From positions 1 to 57,374 of IMG/VR virus record IMGVR_UViG_3300006805_000034: 57,374 nucleotides of DNA. The stretch is one strand, 5' to 3'. Both the position numbers and the translations under genes were made by a program. This DNA is from a virus (Duplodnaviria; Caudoviricetes). This document shows, piece after piece, positions 34,579 to 44,347 of the stretch; position 1 is the stretch's first letter; every line of letters starts with the position of its first letter. The notes under the pieces were generated by a model. It was not told the DNA's origin. It made no database searches and saw only the letters and a list, made by a program, of their open reading frames with translations.

Positions 34579-35943
34579 ATGCCCACCTCCGCCAACATCA
34601 CCACCGCCGGCGTCATTGCTTTCACCCTGCCCGTGGGAACGTGGGGAGTGAGAGTGATCAATGAAAGCGACACGTTGATTCGTCGGCTTTTGGGACAACC
34701 CGCGACGACCTCTGGTACCAGTTTGGGGCTGCCGCTGGCGGCGGGGGCGGGGGAAACCCTGGTGTTTAGGCAGCCGCTTAAGCAGGACGTGGACTACTGC
34801 GCCATCCATGCCGGCACCGGCGACAAAACCCTGACGTACGAAATCATCACGCAACCGACCCAGGGCGGCACGGGCCCCAGTTCCAGCGCAGGAGGCAGCG
34901 GGGCGAGCAATGCGTTGCTTTTGGCGGGTGGAACGGCTTCTACGCTGGGATCGCTCACAGCGGCCACGGCGGCCACTGGCGGGCTGTTTTATGGCACGCA
35001 GGGAGGCGCAGACCGCAAGTTCACGCTGACGGCAGCCGGCGCGGCGCTGGTGGAAGCGGCCAGTGCGTCCGCGCAACGGACTGCTCTGAATTGTCCTGGG
35101 CTTGCGTCTGCCAACATCTTCTCCGTGTCCGGCGCGGCATCGACACCGGCGCTCTCACTGACGGGAACGCCTTTCACGGGCGGGACGGCGACCACGACGA
35201 AGCCGCTGTTCTCCATTGAGCCGACTGGGACGACGAGCACGGGCTGGTCGACCTCTGGGACGATGCTGGGGGTGAATGCGGCGAGTGGGTTTGCGGGGAA
35301 TTTGGTGGACATTCAGAAGAATGGTGTGTCGCGGCTTAGCATCCCAACCACAGGGTATGTTAACTTTACGACGCCAACCACGACAAACTCAGGTTTGTTT
35401 CTTACCACCAATGGGTGGGCCAACGGGCACAGTGTAGGCATTACGTTTGGTGATACAACGTTGTTCAATGCCATTATTTGCCCGTTTGCGGCCCCTATGA
35501 GTGTGGATCACTATTATGGCGTAACGACGGTTGGTATTTCACCAGGTGGTAAGCTGGGCTTTAACACGGCATCAGCAAATTCAATTGCTTTTGGCACGTC
35601 TGCGGATGCACTGCTCATTCGTAAAGCCGCTGCAAGTTTTGGCTTTGGCATCGCATCCGCAACACCCATCACCCAGACCTTTGGCGGAGCTGATGGCAGC
35701 GGAACTAACATCACGGGTGGCACACTAAATATTGGCACTCGCGGCACCGGCACGGGCACGGGAGGCAGGATCAACCTGCAATTTCATGCGGCTGGATCGT
35801 CAGGTAGCACTCTCGGAACTTTAGTGGACGTGCTTTCGATTGTGGGCGTTGGCCGCGTCCGCATCACCGGCATACCCACTTCTGCCGCTGGGCTTTCAAC
35901 GGGTGATATTTACAGCAACGCGGGAATCCTCACCATTGTTTAA
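34579..35943 (+). CDS. Tail fibre/receptor-binding protein
   Basis: G/T/S-rich; AQRTAL motif; C-terminal PTSAAGLSTGDIYSNAGILTI; AT-richer distal part. Confidence 0.75.
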   Translation: MPTSANITTAGVIAFTLPVGTWGVRVINESDTLIRRLLGQPATTSGTSLGLPLAAGAGETLVFRQPLKQDVDYCAIHAGTGDKTLTYEIITQPTQGGTGPSSSAGGSGASNALLLAGGTASTLGSLTAATAATGGLFYGTQGGADRKFTLTAAGAALVEAASASAQRTALNCPGLASANIFSVSGAASTPALSLTGTPFTGGTATTTKPLFSIEPTGTTSTGWSTSGTMLGVNAASGFAGNLVDIQKNGVSRLSIPTTGYVNFTTPTTTNSGLFLTTNGWANGHSVGITFGDTTLFNAIICPFAAPMSVDHYYGVTTVGISPGGKLGFNTASANSIAFGTSADALLIRKAAASFGFGIASATPITQTFGGADGSGTNITGGTLNIGTRGTGTGTGGRINLQFHAAGSSGSTLGTLVDVLSIVGVGRVRITGIPTSAAGLSTGDIYSNAGILTIV

Positions 35944-35947
35944 CGCC

Positions 35948-36226
35948 ATGAACATCACACTGACTCAAGAACAACTTGCCGGGCTTGTTTATGGCACGGC
36001 AAAACGCAATGAGGCCAACCCTAATGCTCCCGCAATGTCGGTAGAGCAGTTTGCTATTGACCTGCTTGGCGTGCAGGCTGCCACTTTCGCGGCAGAAAAA
36101 GACGCTGAGGAGCTGGCCGCCATGGCTGCCAATGAGCAACTAATGGCGTTGGGTCGCGCAGTGATGGAGCAGCCGGAAAAGCTACCCGCTGTGGTGGTGG
36201 CGGTGACGGGCATCCTCGAATCTTGA
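35948..36226 (+). CDS. Hypothetical protein, possible fibre chaperone
   Basis: Directly follows the fibre gene. Confidence 0.55.
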   Translation: MNITLTQEQLAGLVYGTAKRNEANPNAPAMSVEQFAIDLLGVQAATFAAEKDAEELAAMAANEQLMALGRAVMEQPEKLPAVVVAVTGILES

Positions 36227-36231
36227 ATTTT

Positions 36232-36534
36232 ATGCACACACTCAAACTGACAAACGGGCTTTGCCTGCTGATCCATAACCTGCTGTTTGTCCCTGAGACG
36301 TTCAAGACGCCGAGTGAGGTGCTGACGGCGGGCCTGCTGGTGGAGCAACTGAACTGCCCGGTGGTGACTGCACAACAAGCAGATGATCCCGCTTGGAATG
36401 GTGCTAACCTGCCTGATTTAAAACTCAGTGAAAAACAGCGGGACCTGTTAAAATTGGCGGTGGAAAAACATGTGGCAAAGCTGCCCCCAAATGGCACAAC
36501 GGTGTCACTGCTGAAGCAACTCGGGTTTGAGTAA
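36232..36534 (+). CDS. Hypothetical protein
   Basis: TTATG start; operon packing. Confidence 0.6.
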   Translation: MHTLKLTNGLCLLIHNLLFVPETFKTPSEVLTAGLLVEQLNCPVVTAQQADDPAWNGANLPDLKLSEKQRDLLKLAVEKHVAKLPPNGTTVSLLKQLGFE

Positions 36535-36546
36535 CTGCCCCCCCCG

Positions 36547-36939
36547 ATGAAATTCCAGATTGATCCTTCGCAGTTTGAAATGCCGGTGTCGCTGGCGACT
36601 TCCATTGTTGGGGCGGGATTGAGCGCGTTGGGACTCGTTGCGGCGACGCTGGCGGGATGGTGGGCAAAGTTTGCGACGATCGACCCGCAGGAGCTGGCGA
36701 TTCAGCCGCTGCATGTGGTGCTGATTGGTTTTATCATTGCCCTGGCGGCGTTCATTGTGCTGATTCTGCGGGCGGTGTGGGGCAAGGGCATTGAGACGGT
36801 GAACCGCTTCAGTGATGCGCTGAACAATCAGGCGGCGCAGATAGCGCAATTGATCGAGCTGCAGACGAAGCGGGTGGAGAAATTGGAGACGCTGAGTTTT
36901 GACGCGCTGAGGGAGGCGGCGGAAACCAGAACACGCTGA
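36547..36939 (+). CDS. Holin-like two-TM protein
   Basis: Two TM segments then a coiled coil; upstream of the endolysin; stop lies in REP-B. Confidence 0.55.
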   Translation: MKFQIDPSQFEMPVSLATSIVGAGLSALGLVAATLAGWWAKFATIDPQELAIQPLHVVLIGFIIALAAFIVLILRAVWGKGIETVNRFSDALNNQAAQIAQLIELQTKRVEKLETLSFDALREAAETRTR

Positions 36940-37008
36940 AGCGTGAACAACAAACCCGGAACCGGAACCGCCTGAAGGCGGGACTACAATACGAAGAGAC
37001 TGAAACTT

Positions 37009-37209
37009 ATGAAACGGACTTGCTACATTGCGATCAATATGATTCGGACGAATCCGGGGGAAGCGGATGGGTGGACGGATCGGTTTGTGACGTTGATCAA
37101 CACGCGGCTGCCTGATGGGGTGGTGAAGGACCACAGTGATGATGCGCAGGGGCATTCGACCTGGCTGCAGCGTGGGGTGCGGTTTGAGGGGCTGATGCAG
37201 GCTATTTAA
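37009..37209 (+). pseudogene. Internally deleted paralog of the 37929 hydrolase
   Basis: N-terminal ~38 aa joined to the C-terminal ~28 aa of 37929..38609. Confidence 0.8.
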
Positions 37210-37238
37210 AAACATGATCAGGAGGACCAGCAGACTTT

Positions 37239-37784
37239 ATGAATAACATACCTGCAAATTATGCATGGCTGAGTGCCCAAGGGATCTTGCCGAAAACTAT
37301 CCAGGAGGGACTAAAGCTGCTGGGTGTGGCTGAGGTAGTGGGCAAGGGGAGTAACCGGACGATCCTTGACTGGAGGGATGAGCTGAATCTGGCCGGGGTG
37401 AAGATTGCGGGGTTTTCTGACGATGACATTCCGTGGTGCGGTCTGTTTGCGGCGATTGTGGCGCATCGTGCCGGGAAAGTGGTGGTGAAGGAGCCGCTGT
37501 GGGCGCGCAACTGGGTGCAGTTTGGGGTGGCGGCTGGGGCTGCGGCTCTGGGGGATTGTCTTGTGTTTGTGAGGCAGGGCGGCGGGCATGTGGGGTGGTA
37601 TGTGGCCGAGGATGACACGGCCTACCATGTGCTGGGAGGTAACCAGGGTAACCGAGTGAGCATTACCCGGATTGCTAAGGCGCGCTGCATTGCGGTGAGG
37701 AGGCCGGTGTACCGTGTGCCGCCGGGGAGTGTGAGGCCGTATCTGGTCCTGGCGGCGGGGGTGCTTTCCGCGAATGAGAGTTGA
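37239..37784 (+). CDS. Endolysin, TIGR02594/NlpC-P60(CHAP)-like peptidase
   Basis: DDIPWCGLF, ARNW, GGHVGW, VLGGNQ. Confidence 0.85.
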   Translation: MNNIPANYAWLSAQGILPKTIQEGLKLLGVAEVVGKGSNRTILDWRDELNLAGVKIAGFSDDDIPWCGLFAAIVAHRAGKVVVKEPLWARNWVQFGVAAGAAALGDCLVFVRQGGGHVGWYVAEDDTAYHVLGGNQGNRVSITRIAKARCIAVRRPVYRVPPGSVRPYLVLAAGVLSANES

Positions 37785-37792
37785 ACCCGGAA

Positions 37793-37914
37793 CCGGCTAA
37801 AGCCGGGACTACATTACGAAGAATCCAGAACCCAGAACACGCTGCTGCGCAGCCCCTGAAAGGGAACCGTAAACAACGAACAAAGAACCAGAGCCGGTTA
37901 AAAACCGGCGCTCC
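37793..37914 (-). repeat. REP cluster A-extended B-C
   Basis: Copies at 37793, 37837, 37891. Confidence 0.85.
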
Positions 37915-37928
37915 CAGTACGGAAACTT

Positions 37929-38609
37929 ATGAAACGCACGGTTTACATTGCGATCAATGGCATTCGGACCAATCCAGGGGATGCGGAAGGGTGGACGGAT
38001 CGGTTTGTGACGTGGGTGAATACAGTACTGCCGGATGGGGTGTATGGGGAGAAGTTTGAGTATTACACCTCCGCGCTGCTGCGTGGATTCCGGCAAAGAC
38101 TGCGAGCAAAACAGATCGCAAAGATGGTGGGGTATTACACGCGGGCGGGCTATCGCGTGGTGCTGGTGGGTCACAGCAATGGGTGCGACTTGATCGCGCG
38201 AGTGCTGCACTTGGCAAAACCGGAATCCGACGAACTGCCAGCCGACCTCAAAAAAGACTTAAAGATCGACTGCGCGCATTTGATATCGCCGGCGGCGGAT
38301 GAAGAGAGTTTTGCCGACGCTGTCCGCAACAAGCTGGTGAGGTGCATCCACATCTACGGCAGCAAGAACGACGGCGCGCTGAGATTTGCCCAGGTGACCC
38401 GCCCGCTGATCGGCTGGCTGGGCCTGGGCTATGGATCGATGGGACTGCGAGGTCGAGAGTTTGCGGCGATGTTTCCCGATGTGGTGCAGGATCACAGTGA
38501 TGACTCGCACGGACATTCGACGTGGATGCAACGTGGGCCAAACTTTGAGGAGATGATGCTGGCTATTTCTGCGCACGATTTTGCCGACCAAAAAACTTTG
38601 ACCCTATGA
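37929..38609 (+). CDS. Alpha/beta hydrolase
   Basis: VVLVGHSNG nucleophile elbow, SKND, C-terminal GHS. Confidence 0.8.
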   Translation: MKRTVYIAINGIRTNPGDAEGWTDRFVTWVNTVLPDGVYGEKFEYYTSALLRGFRQRLRAKQIAKMVGYYTRAGYRVVLVGHSNGCDLIARVLHLAKPESDELPADLKKDLKIDCAHLISPAADEESFADAVRNKLVRCIHIYGSKNDGALRFAQVTRPLIGWLGLGYGSMGLRGREFAAMFPDVVQDHSDDSHGHSTWMQRGPNFEEMMLAISAHDFADQKTLTL

Positions 38610-38704
38610 GCACCCTGGAAATCGTCGCTCGCATTGTTCTGGCCATCGTCAGCATGGTTGGGATCGTGGTGGGTATTTTCTGGATGGTGCGGCCACGGAA
38701 ATAA
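38606..38704 (+). CDS. 32-aa single-TM peptide
   Basis: MSTLEIVARIVLAIVSMVGIVVGIFWMVRPRK; ATGA overlap. Confidence 0.5.
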   Translation: MSTLEIVARIVLAIVSMVGIVVGIFWMVRPRK

Positions 38705-38729
38705 CCAATGACTTCGGAATCACAATATT

Positions 38730-39347
38730 ATGGCTTTCATTCTCTCCGACGCGCCTTCCATCGTCCGCTGTTTGGTGCGGGCCGAGTTCACTCAAAACCT
38801 CAAGAAAGACCACGGGAAGTACCTGCAAGCGCACATCTTGGGCATTCGCTGCCAGGAAGCCGCAAGCCTCCAGTTTCAGGTACGGTTCGATGAGCCGGCG
38901 CTGGCTGGGGCGATGTTTTGCTTGCCAATCCAAGCGCTGTGCTGGAAGCCGTGCGACATGCCCAATGTTGAACTGATTCAGCCGTGGGACACGTTCAGCA
39001 GTCATTTCACGGTGCATGAGTTTGGCTTGTGGAAACGAGGGAATGCGCAGCTTTTGAATGTAAGGGGCGACGCAAAGTACCCCGAGCGGCTGCCAGCGCG
39101 GTATCTCTGGACGCTTGACTTTGAAGGCAACGCACTGGCCAATGACTTCGAGCAGCACAAGCAACTCCATTTTATTCAGGTAGAAGAAGGCTGGTTTGCA
39201 GCCGTGCCCAATAATCGGGTGCTGAGTGTAGATTCAGCTTTTGCGAGTCCCTGCGAAACGCTGCCCCGGTTTGAATCGCTGGAGCATCTTTTTTGCGCTG
39301 AGTGCCGGATCGGTGAACCGGAACTACTGACAGAGACGGCGGCGTAG
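38730..39347 (+). CDS. Conserved phage hypothetical protein
   Basis: LPIQAL..QPWDTFS..YLWTLD..QHKQLH..PNNRV motif series seen in many phages. Confidence 0.7.
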   Translation: MAFILSDAPSIVRCLVRAEFTQNLKKDHGKYLQAHILGIRCQEAASLQFQVRFDEPALAGAMFCLPIQALCWKPCDMPNVELIQPWDTFSSHFTVHEFGLWKRGNAQLLNVRGDAKYPERLPARYLWTLDFEGNALANDFEQHKQLHFIQVEEGWFAAVPNNRVLSVDSAFASPCETLPRFESLEHLFCAECRIGEPELLTETAA

Positions 39348-39400
39348 AAATGCGTTGCGGCGGATGCGGTAGGCCTGAATAATCATCCCATACCCGATTT

Positions 39401-40572
39401 ATGAGCGACATCACTTACGCTGAGCAGCCGACTGACGAACTTCCGGACTTGTCCGGCATGAGTGATGCTGAACTACTGGCGCAACTGAGCACGGCACCGG
39501 CTGCGCCTGCTGCTGTTGCTGCTCCGGCTCCGCAAGTGACGCCTGAACCGGCCCCCGCACCTGCCGAGGTGGCAGCAGTGGTTGAACCCGTGGCAGCGCC
39601 CGAATTGGTGACTGCGACAGAGCCAGCGCCGGCGCTTGAACCGGCGAGCCATCGAGATCCGAGCAAGGCCAATCATTGGCGCATTCAAGCAAACAATGCC
39701 GTGGAGCAGCAGGCGTTCGAACTGCGCAAGCAAGACTCAACATTGACTTTGGCTGAAGCACTGGAGCGCTCGCATCAAATGCTGGGGCTGCCCTCCCCCT
39801 TCCAGACGGCGGCACCTGCGGCTGAACCGGCCAAGCCGGCGCAGGAAGCGGCACCTGCCGAGGTGGTGGCTGATCCGCTGGCCAAGATTCAGGAAGAGAT
39901 CGCCAGCCTCCTTGAACAAAAAAGGGGCTGAACAAAGTCATCGATGCCGATGAGGTCGAAACGCTCAATGAGCGTCTGGCCGACCTGCGCGAGGAACGCG
40001 TGCGAATGGAGTCGCGCCAGTTTTTCCAGCAGCAGCAACAAGAAATGCAGACGGCGCAGATCCTGAACGATTTGGAGCAGCAGGTGCAGGCAGCGTTTCC
40101 AGATCTGGCGAATAAGCAGCACCCCCTGACGCTGGCCTACGAGGCCGAGCTCAAGCAACTCTGCGCCACAGCACCGGACCACGTGCTGCAGGACCCGCAG
40201 ATGGAGATCAAACTGGCCGAGCGCATTGCGCAGCGGTTTGAAACCGAATTTCAGATGCCCGTCAAACGGACATCGAAGCCGGCGGCTTCCGCCCCGGCTG
40301 CCAAGACACCCACCGTCACGCAGCCAGCGCCAGCGCCGGCCGTGGCAGCCCATGCTGCGGCCGTACGGCCCAGCAGTGCCGCCGCGCCCGTCGTCAGCAC
40401 GTCGGCCAGCGCGAGCCCTGTCATGGGCATCGCCCCGCAAAATCCCAAGGATGCGTTTGAGGCCCTACTGGCCTCCGGCCAACCGCTGGGAGATGATGCG
40501 GATGCGCTGCTGCTCGCCGCCCGATTCGGCACGGCCCCTGCGCCTGCTGGGACGAGGTTTCGCGCTGCCTAA
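39401..40572 (+). CDS. Capsid scaffolding protein, frameshift at A6G4 (39918-39927)
   Basis: A/P/E-rich, upstream of the capsid; the -1 frame continues GLNKVIDADEVETLNERL into ORF 40000..40572; 390 aa if joined. Confidence 0.7.
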
Positions 40573-40789
40573 CCTACCGGGCACCTCCTGACAGAGCCGA
40601 CATACACCCGCCACGACTGCGGGTGATCTCACGCAATTCAATCAACGCCTAATCCCGGCTTGGCCGTGGTGAGCCGCGCCCTGATGCGCCCAGCCCACCC
40701 GTGCCCACCGGGACAAGGCACACGCAGACACCAACACCCACGGGGCGGGTCATGCCCCGACGCAAGCAACACCCATACCACCAACGATT

Positions 40790-42355
40790 ATGCCAGACGT
40801 ACCCTACATGTCGCCGCGCGATACCGCGGCCCTTATCACCGCCAACGGAGCCAACTACCAGGAACAAGCCTGGGAGCGCGTGGCGATCAAAAACGCCATG
40901 CCTCGCCATCCCTTCGGGGCCATGGCGCGCGGTTCCAGCAACCTCAACAAGCGACTGCCCAATGCGGCGATCATCACCACGACCACGCTGGCCTCCGGCA
41001 TCTACGGACAGGTGGCCAACTTCCGCGTGCGCGCCCCCGGCGGCGGCTTTGGTGTGCAAGGCTCCGGAGGTTTCCGCACCGGCAAAGGCGTGCAGGTGAA
41101 GGACAAAATGTACACCCTCACCACGGGCGTGCAGTGGCACGGCTACAACTACAACAACATCTCCACCGCGCAGACGCTGATCGGTGTGGGCTCCATCGAC
41201 ACCGAAGTGCGCGGCTACCTGCAGGACTTTTTCGGCTGGCTGATGGGCACCCACTGCGAAGCCGAGCTGGTGGCAGCCGCCACGGCCAAGGCCAGCACCA
41301 ACGTGCGCTACGCCAACAACAAGAGCACCTTGGACGAACTGACCAGCGCCGACACGCTGGCGATCGATGACGTCAACCGCCTGAAAAACAATCAGGTGAC
41401 CAACAGCAGCATGCCCTTCAGCATGCGCGCCGACGACAACTACAACGACATCCTGGAGTACCTCCTGATGGCGCCGCAGTTTGCCATGCAGGAACTGACC
41501 ACGAGCAGCACCTGGACCAACTTCCTCAAGGATGCCGGCGTGCGTGGTGACCAGAACTACCTGTTTGGCGGTGGACTGCCCCGCTGGAACGGCACGCGCA
41601 TGTTTGAGTGGCAGATGCAGACCAGCCTCAACGACGCGCCGAGCGGCAGCTTTGCCGCGCCGTACGCCTTCCTGGGCGCTGCAATCGCTGCCGGCACGGC
41701 GGTGTTCAGCATCAAGGGCGGTGGTAACAGCGCCAACAACAAGGCGGCGCTCAATGCCCCGTACTTCTTCGCTTTCAAGGGCGCACGCTGGAAGGCCTTC
41801 GAACAGACGAAGATCGAAGCTGAAACGACCAACACGAAGTATGCGATCGCCTACAACGCCACGAACGGCAAGTGGGCCTTTGCCAGCTACAAGGTCATCC
41901 CCACGGGTGACCTGGACGACAACGGCGGCACCACGGCCGACAGCAACACCATCACCGTCTTCCAATTCCTCAGTGCCACCAACAGCGGCGCGGCGGCCAA
42001 GACGACGGTGGGCAGCGTGGTGTGGGACACCGGCATCTGGAGCGGCAAGACCTGCGAGTGGAGCGATCTGCCTGTGGGCAGCAAAATCTTTGCCGCCAAC
42101 GCCAAAGGCCAGCCTTACAACCTGGTGTACATGCTGGGCCGCGAGTCGATGCTTAGCGGCTTTGGTCGTGTGACCGCCGACGGCGGCACCGGCTTCGGCC
42201 AGCGCACCGAGGAATACCAGAATGCCAGGACATTCGTCGAACTGGGCATGAACCTCAGTTATGGGGCCAACGCTATTCCAAACGTGGACGGTGTGCCGGC
42301 CTTCACGGTCATGCATGTGGCGGTCAATCCGGACGGACTGCCCACGATTGTCTGA
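40790..42355 (+). CDS. Major capsid protein (DUF4043/N4-like HK97 fold probable)
   Basis: 521 aa, strongly biased codons, NYLFGGGLPRWNG motif; follows the scaffold and precedes a terminator. Confidence 0.75.
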   Translation: MPDVPYMSPRDTAALITANGANYQEQAWERVAIKNAMPRHPFGAMARGSSNLNKRLPNAAIITTTTLASGIYGQVANFRVRAPGGGFGVQGSGGFRTGKGVQVKDKMYTLTTGVQWHGYNYNNISTAQTLIGVGSIDTEVRGYLQDFFGWLMGTHCEAELVAAATAKASTNVRYANNKSTLDELTSADTLAIDDVNRLKNNQVTNSSMPFSMRADDNYNDILEYLLMAPQFAMQELTTSSTWTNFLKDAGVRGDQNYLFGGGLPRWNGTRMFEWQMQTSLNDAPSGSFAAPYAFLGAAIAAGTAVFSIKGGGNSANNKAALNAPYFFAFKGARWKAFEQTKIEAETTNTKYAIAYNATNGKWAFASYKVIPTGDLDDNGGTTADSNTITVFQFLSATNSGAAAKTTVGSVVWDTGIWSGKTCEWSDLPVGSKIFAANAKGQPYNLVYMLGRESMLSGFGRVTADGGTGFGQRTEEYQNARTFVELGMNLSYGANAIPNVDGVPAFTVMHVAVNPDGLPTIV

Positions 42356-42390
42356 GTAGTCATCCCATGCGGCGCAGAAATGCGTTGTTG

Positions 42391-42429
42391 AGCGGCGCAG
42401 GCGGGGCAACCTGTCTGCGCCGCTTCTTT
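42391..42429 (+). terminator. Intrinsic terminator after the capsid gene
   Basis: AGCGGCGCAGGCGGG-GCAA-CCTGTCTGCGCCGCT then TCTTT. Confidence 0.7.
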
Positions 42430-42461
42430 GCTGGCTATTTCACCTTCAACCCCGATTTGCC

Positions 42462-43181
42462 ATGTGGATTTTACGCTACCTCATCCTCGCCACGCGCCAG
42501 CGCTGCAACGCTTTGCTGGACCGGCGCACGCGCATGAATTTTGATCCGCTGCATGGCTGTCCGATGCATGTCTGCGCCGACAAGGCGGAGTGGGATCGGC
42601 GTGGGAGGGAGCAGGTGGCGCAACTGGAGAGTGAACTGCGTCAGGACATCGAGGCTTATCACACGAAGACGGGGGAGAGGCGGGTGATTGCTGGGGAGAC
42701 GATTGAGGTACGGCCCGTGATTGATGGGGGCTTGCGGGAAGTTTGCCCGGAACCGGCTGAAGCCGGGACTACAATACCCGGAGACCAGAGCCAGTTGCAA
42801 ACTGGCGCTCCCAGTACGGAGACGGAGCCCGGAGACCAGAACACGCTCAAGCGTGAACAATGTACGGAAGAAACAATTTTGCCGGAGACTGCGCCCGAGA
42901 CGGAGGCGGTGCCGGCGCATACGGGGGACGCGCTGGTTTCATCGGGAGTTGAGGCGAAAGCCGAGGCTGAGCCTGGCGCGGAACCCACCTTTTTGGGAGA
43001 AGCGGGGCAGGGGGACGCTCGCCCAGAACCGGCTAAAGCCGGGACTACACTACTGCCGGAGGCCGGTGGCCAGAACCAGAGCCCGTCTGATCTGCTGGAA
43101 GTGCCTGAGCCGACACCCCCAACCCCTGAGCCTACTCCCAAGGCCAAGACCAAATCCGCAGGGAAGGCGGGGAAGAAGTAA
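42462..43181 (+). CDS. Hypothetical protein with four in-frame REP copies
   Basis: A 42753, C 42788, B 42841, A 43029. Confidence 0.65.
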   Translation: MWILRYLILATRQRCNALLDRRTRMNFDPLHGCPMHVCADKAEWDRRGREQVAQLESELRQDIEAYHTKTGERRVIAGETIEVRPVIDGGLREVCPEPAEAGTTIPGDQSQLQTGAPSTETEPGDQNTLKREQCTEETILPETAPETEAVPAHTGDALVSSGVEAKAEAEPGAEPTFLGEAGQGDARPEPAKAGTTLLPEAGGQNQSPSDLLEVPEPTPPTPEPTPKAKTKSAGKAGKK

Positions 43182-43184
43182 GCC

Positions 43185-44039
43185 ATGGGAAGCGCTGCTG
43201 ACATCCGTGATTTTTTGCTGCCGGATCTGGGAAAGAAGATCGGGGCGACACTGACGACGACGGAGACGGCGCGAATGGTGCATGACATCAACAGCGCGCT
43301 GCACACCCTGCTGGGACAGCAACTGGCGGATGACCGCAGTGCGCTGGTGCGTGCGCCGTTGGCTGTGACGCTGGACGTGACGAGCGGAAGTACGGCGATC
43401 ACTTTTAGCGGGTTTGCGAGTTGGATGCTGGGCTGCACGATCAAAATCGGTTCCACGTGGAACCGTTTGCAGAAGCTGAGCAGTGATCCCAGTCTTGAAC
43501 AGCCGTGGCTGGGAGAGACGACGGCAGGCATTGCGGCCACGGTGTACCAGGACTGCGTGAATCTGGATTATGCCCTGGAAAGCGTGCTGGAGCCCGTGAG
43601 GCTGGGCGGTGCCCGAATCTTTCCGGTGCCCAACAAGCAGGTGCTGGATTCCACGCGCTTCACGCGTAACGCGAGCGGTGATTTGGTGGAGGCCTCGCCG
43701 CAGTACTACCTCATCGAAGACAGCCTGAGTTACTTGCAGGTGCCGGCGACGCGGTTTCAGTTCGACACGCTGCCCACCACGCAGCAGGCGCTGCAGTTTT
43801 CGGCTGCGCTGCGGGCACCGCAGATCACGGGCCTCGACGACACGCGCACGTTTTTGCTGCCGGGCGGTCGGGACGTGGAAATCCTGCACCCCGTGGTGCG
43901 GTTTTTGTTTCGCACGTTCCCGCAGTTCATCGGAGATGTGGGCGAGGTGAGGGCAGATTACACACAGGCCAGGCAGCAGTGGAGTATGTACTCCAACAAA
44001 GGGCCGCAACCGGGGACGCTGGAGATTTATGGGGTGTGA
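43185..44039 (+). CDS. Head-tail adaptor-like protein
   Basis: Position after the capsid; DINSAL helix and PQYY motif typical of adaptors. Confidence 0.55.
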   Translation: MGSAADIRDFLLPDLGKKIGATLTTTETARMVHDINSALHTLLGQQLADDRSALVRAPLAVTLDVTSGSTAITFSGFASWMLGCTIKIGSTWNRLQKLSSDPSLEQPWLGETTAGIAATVYQDCVNLDYALESVLEPVRLGGARIFPVPNKQVLDSTRFTRNASGDLVEASPQYYLIEDSLSYLQVPATRFQFDTLPTTQQALQFSAALRAPQITGLDDTRTFLLPGGRDVEILHPVVRFLFRTFPQFIGDVGEVRADYTQARQQWSMYSNKGPQPGTLEIYGV

Positions 44040-44224
44040 GATTCCAGAAGAAGATGGCCGCAAAGAGGCGCAAAAACCGGAGGAAAAAACCAGAGGGGAA
44101 GTCTGTGGCCTGAGCCGCAAGGGGGATATTGAGTGCGCTGAGGCGGAGTCGGGGAATGCTAGGGGGCAAGCTGTGCCTGGATTTTGTCCGAGAGTGATTT
44201 GTTGAACTGAAGCCTGAACCGGAG

Positions 44225-44337
44225 CCGCCTGAAGGCGGGACTACACTGCGAAGAAACTGAACCCAGAACCAGAGCCGGTTAAAAACCGGCGCTCCTAGTC
44301 AAGAAACTGAACCCAGACACGCTGAAGCGTGAACAAC
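44225..44337 (-). repeat. REP cluster A-C-B
   Basis: Copies at 44225, 44272, 44317. Confidence 0.85.
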
Positions 44338-44347
44338 GTACGATTTT

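Noticed and set aside
37009-38609. 37009/37929 (and 34275/34579) as DGR template/variable repeats
   Set aside because: Differences are not adenine-specific and no reverse transcriptase is in the window.
40649-42409. 586-aa minus-strand ORF
   Set aside because: Antisense shadow of the codon-biased capsid gene; same for 26779..28056, 32503..33789, 13698..14696 and 49415..51067.
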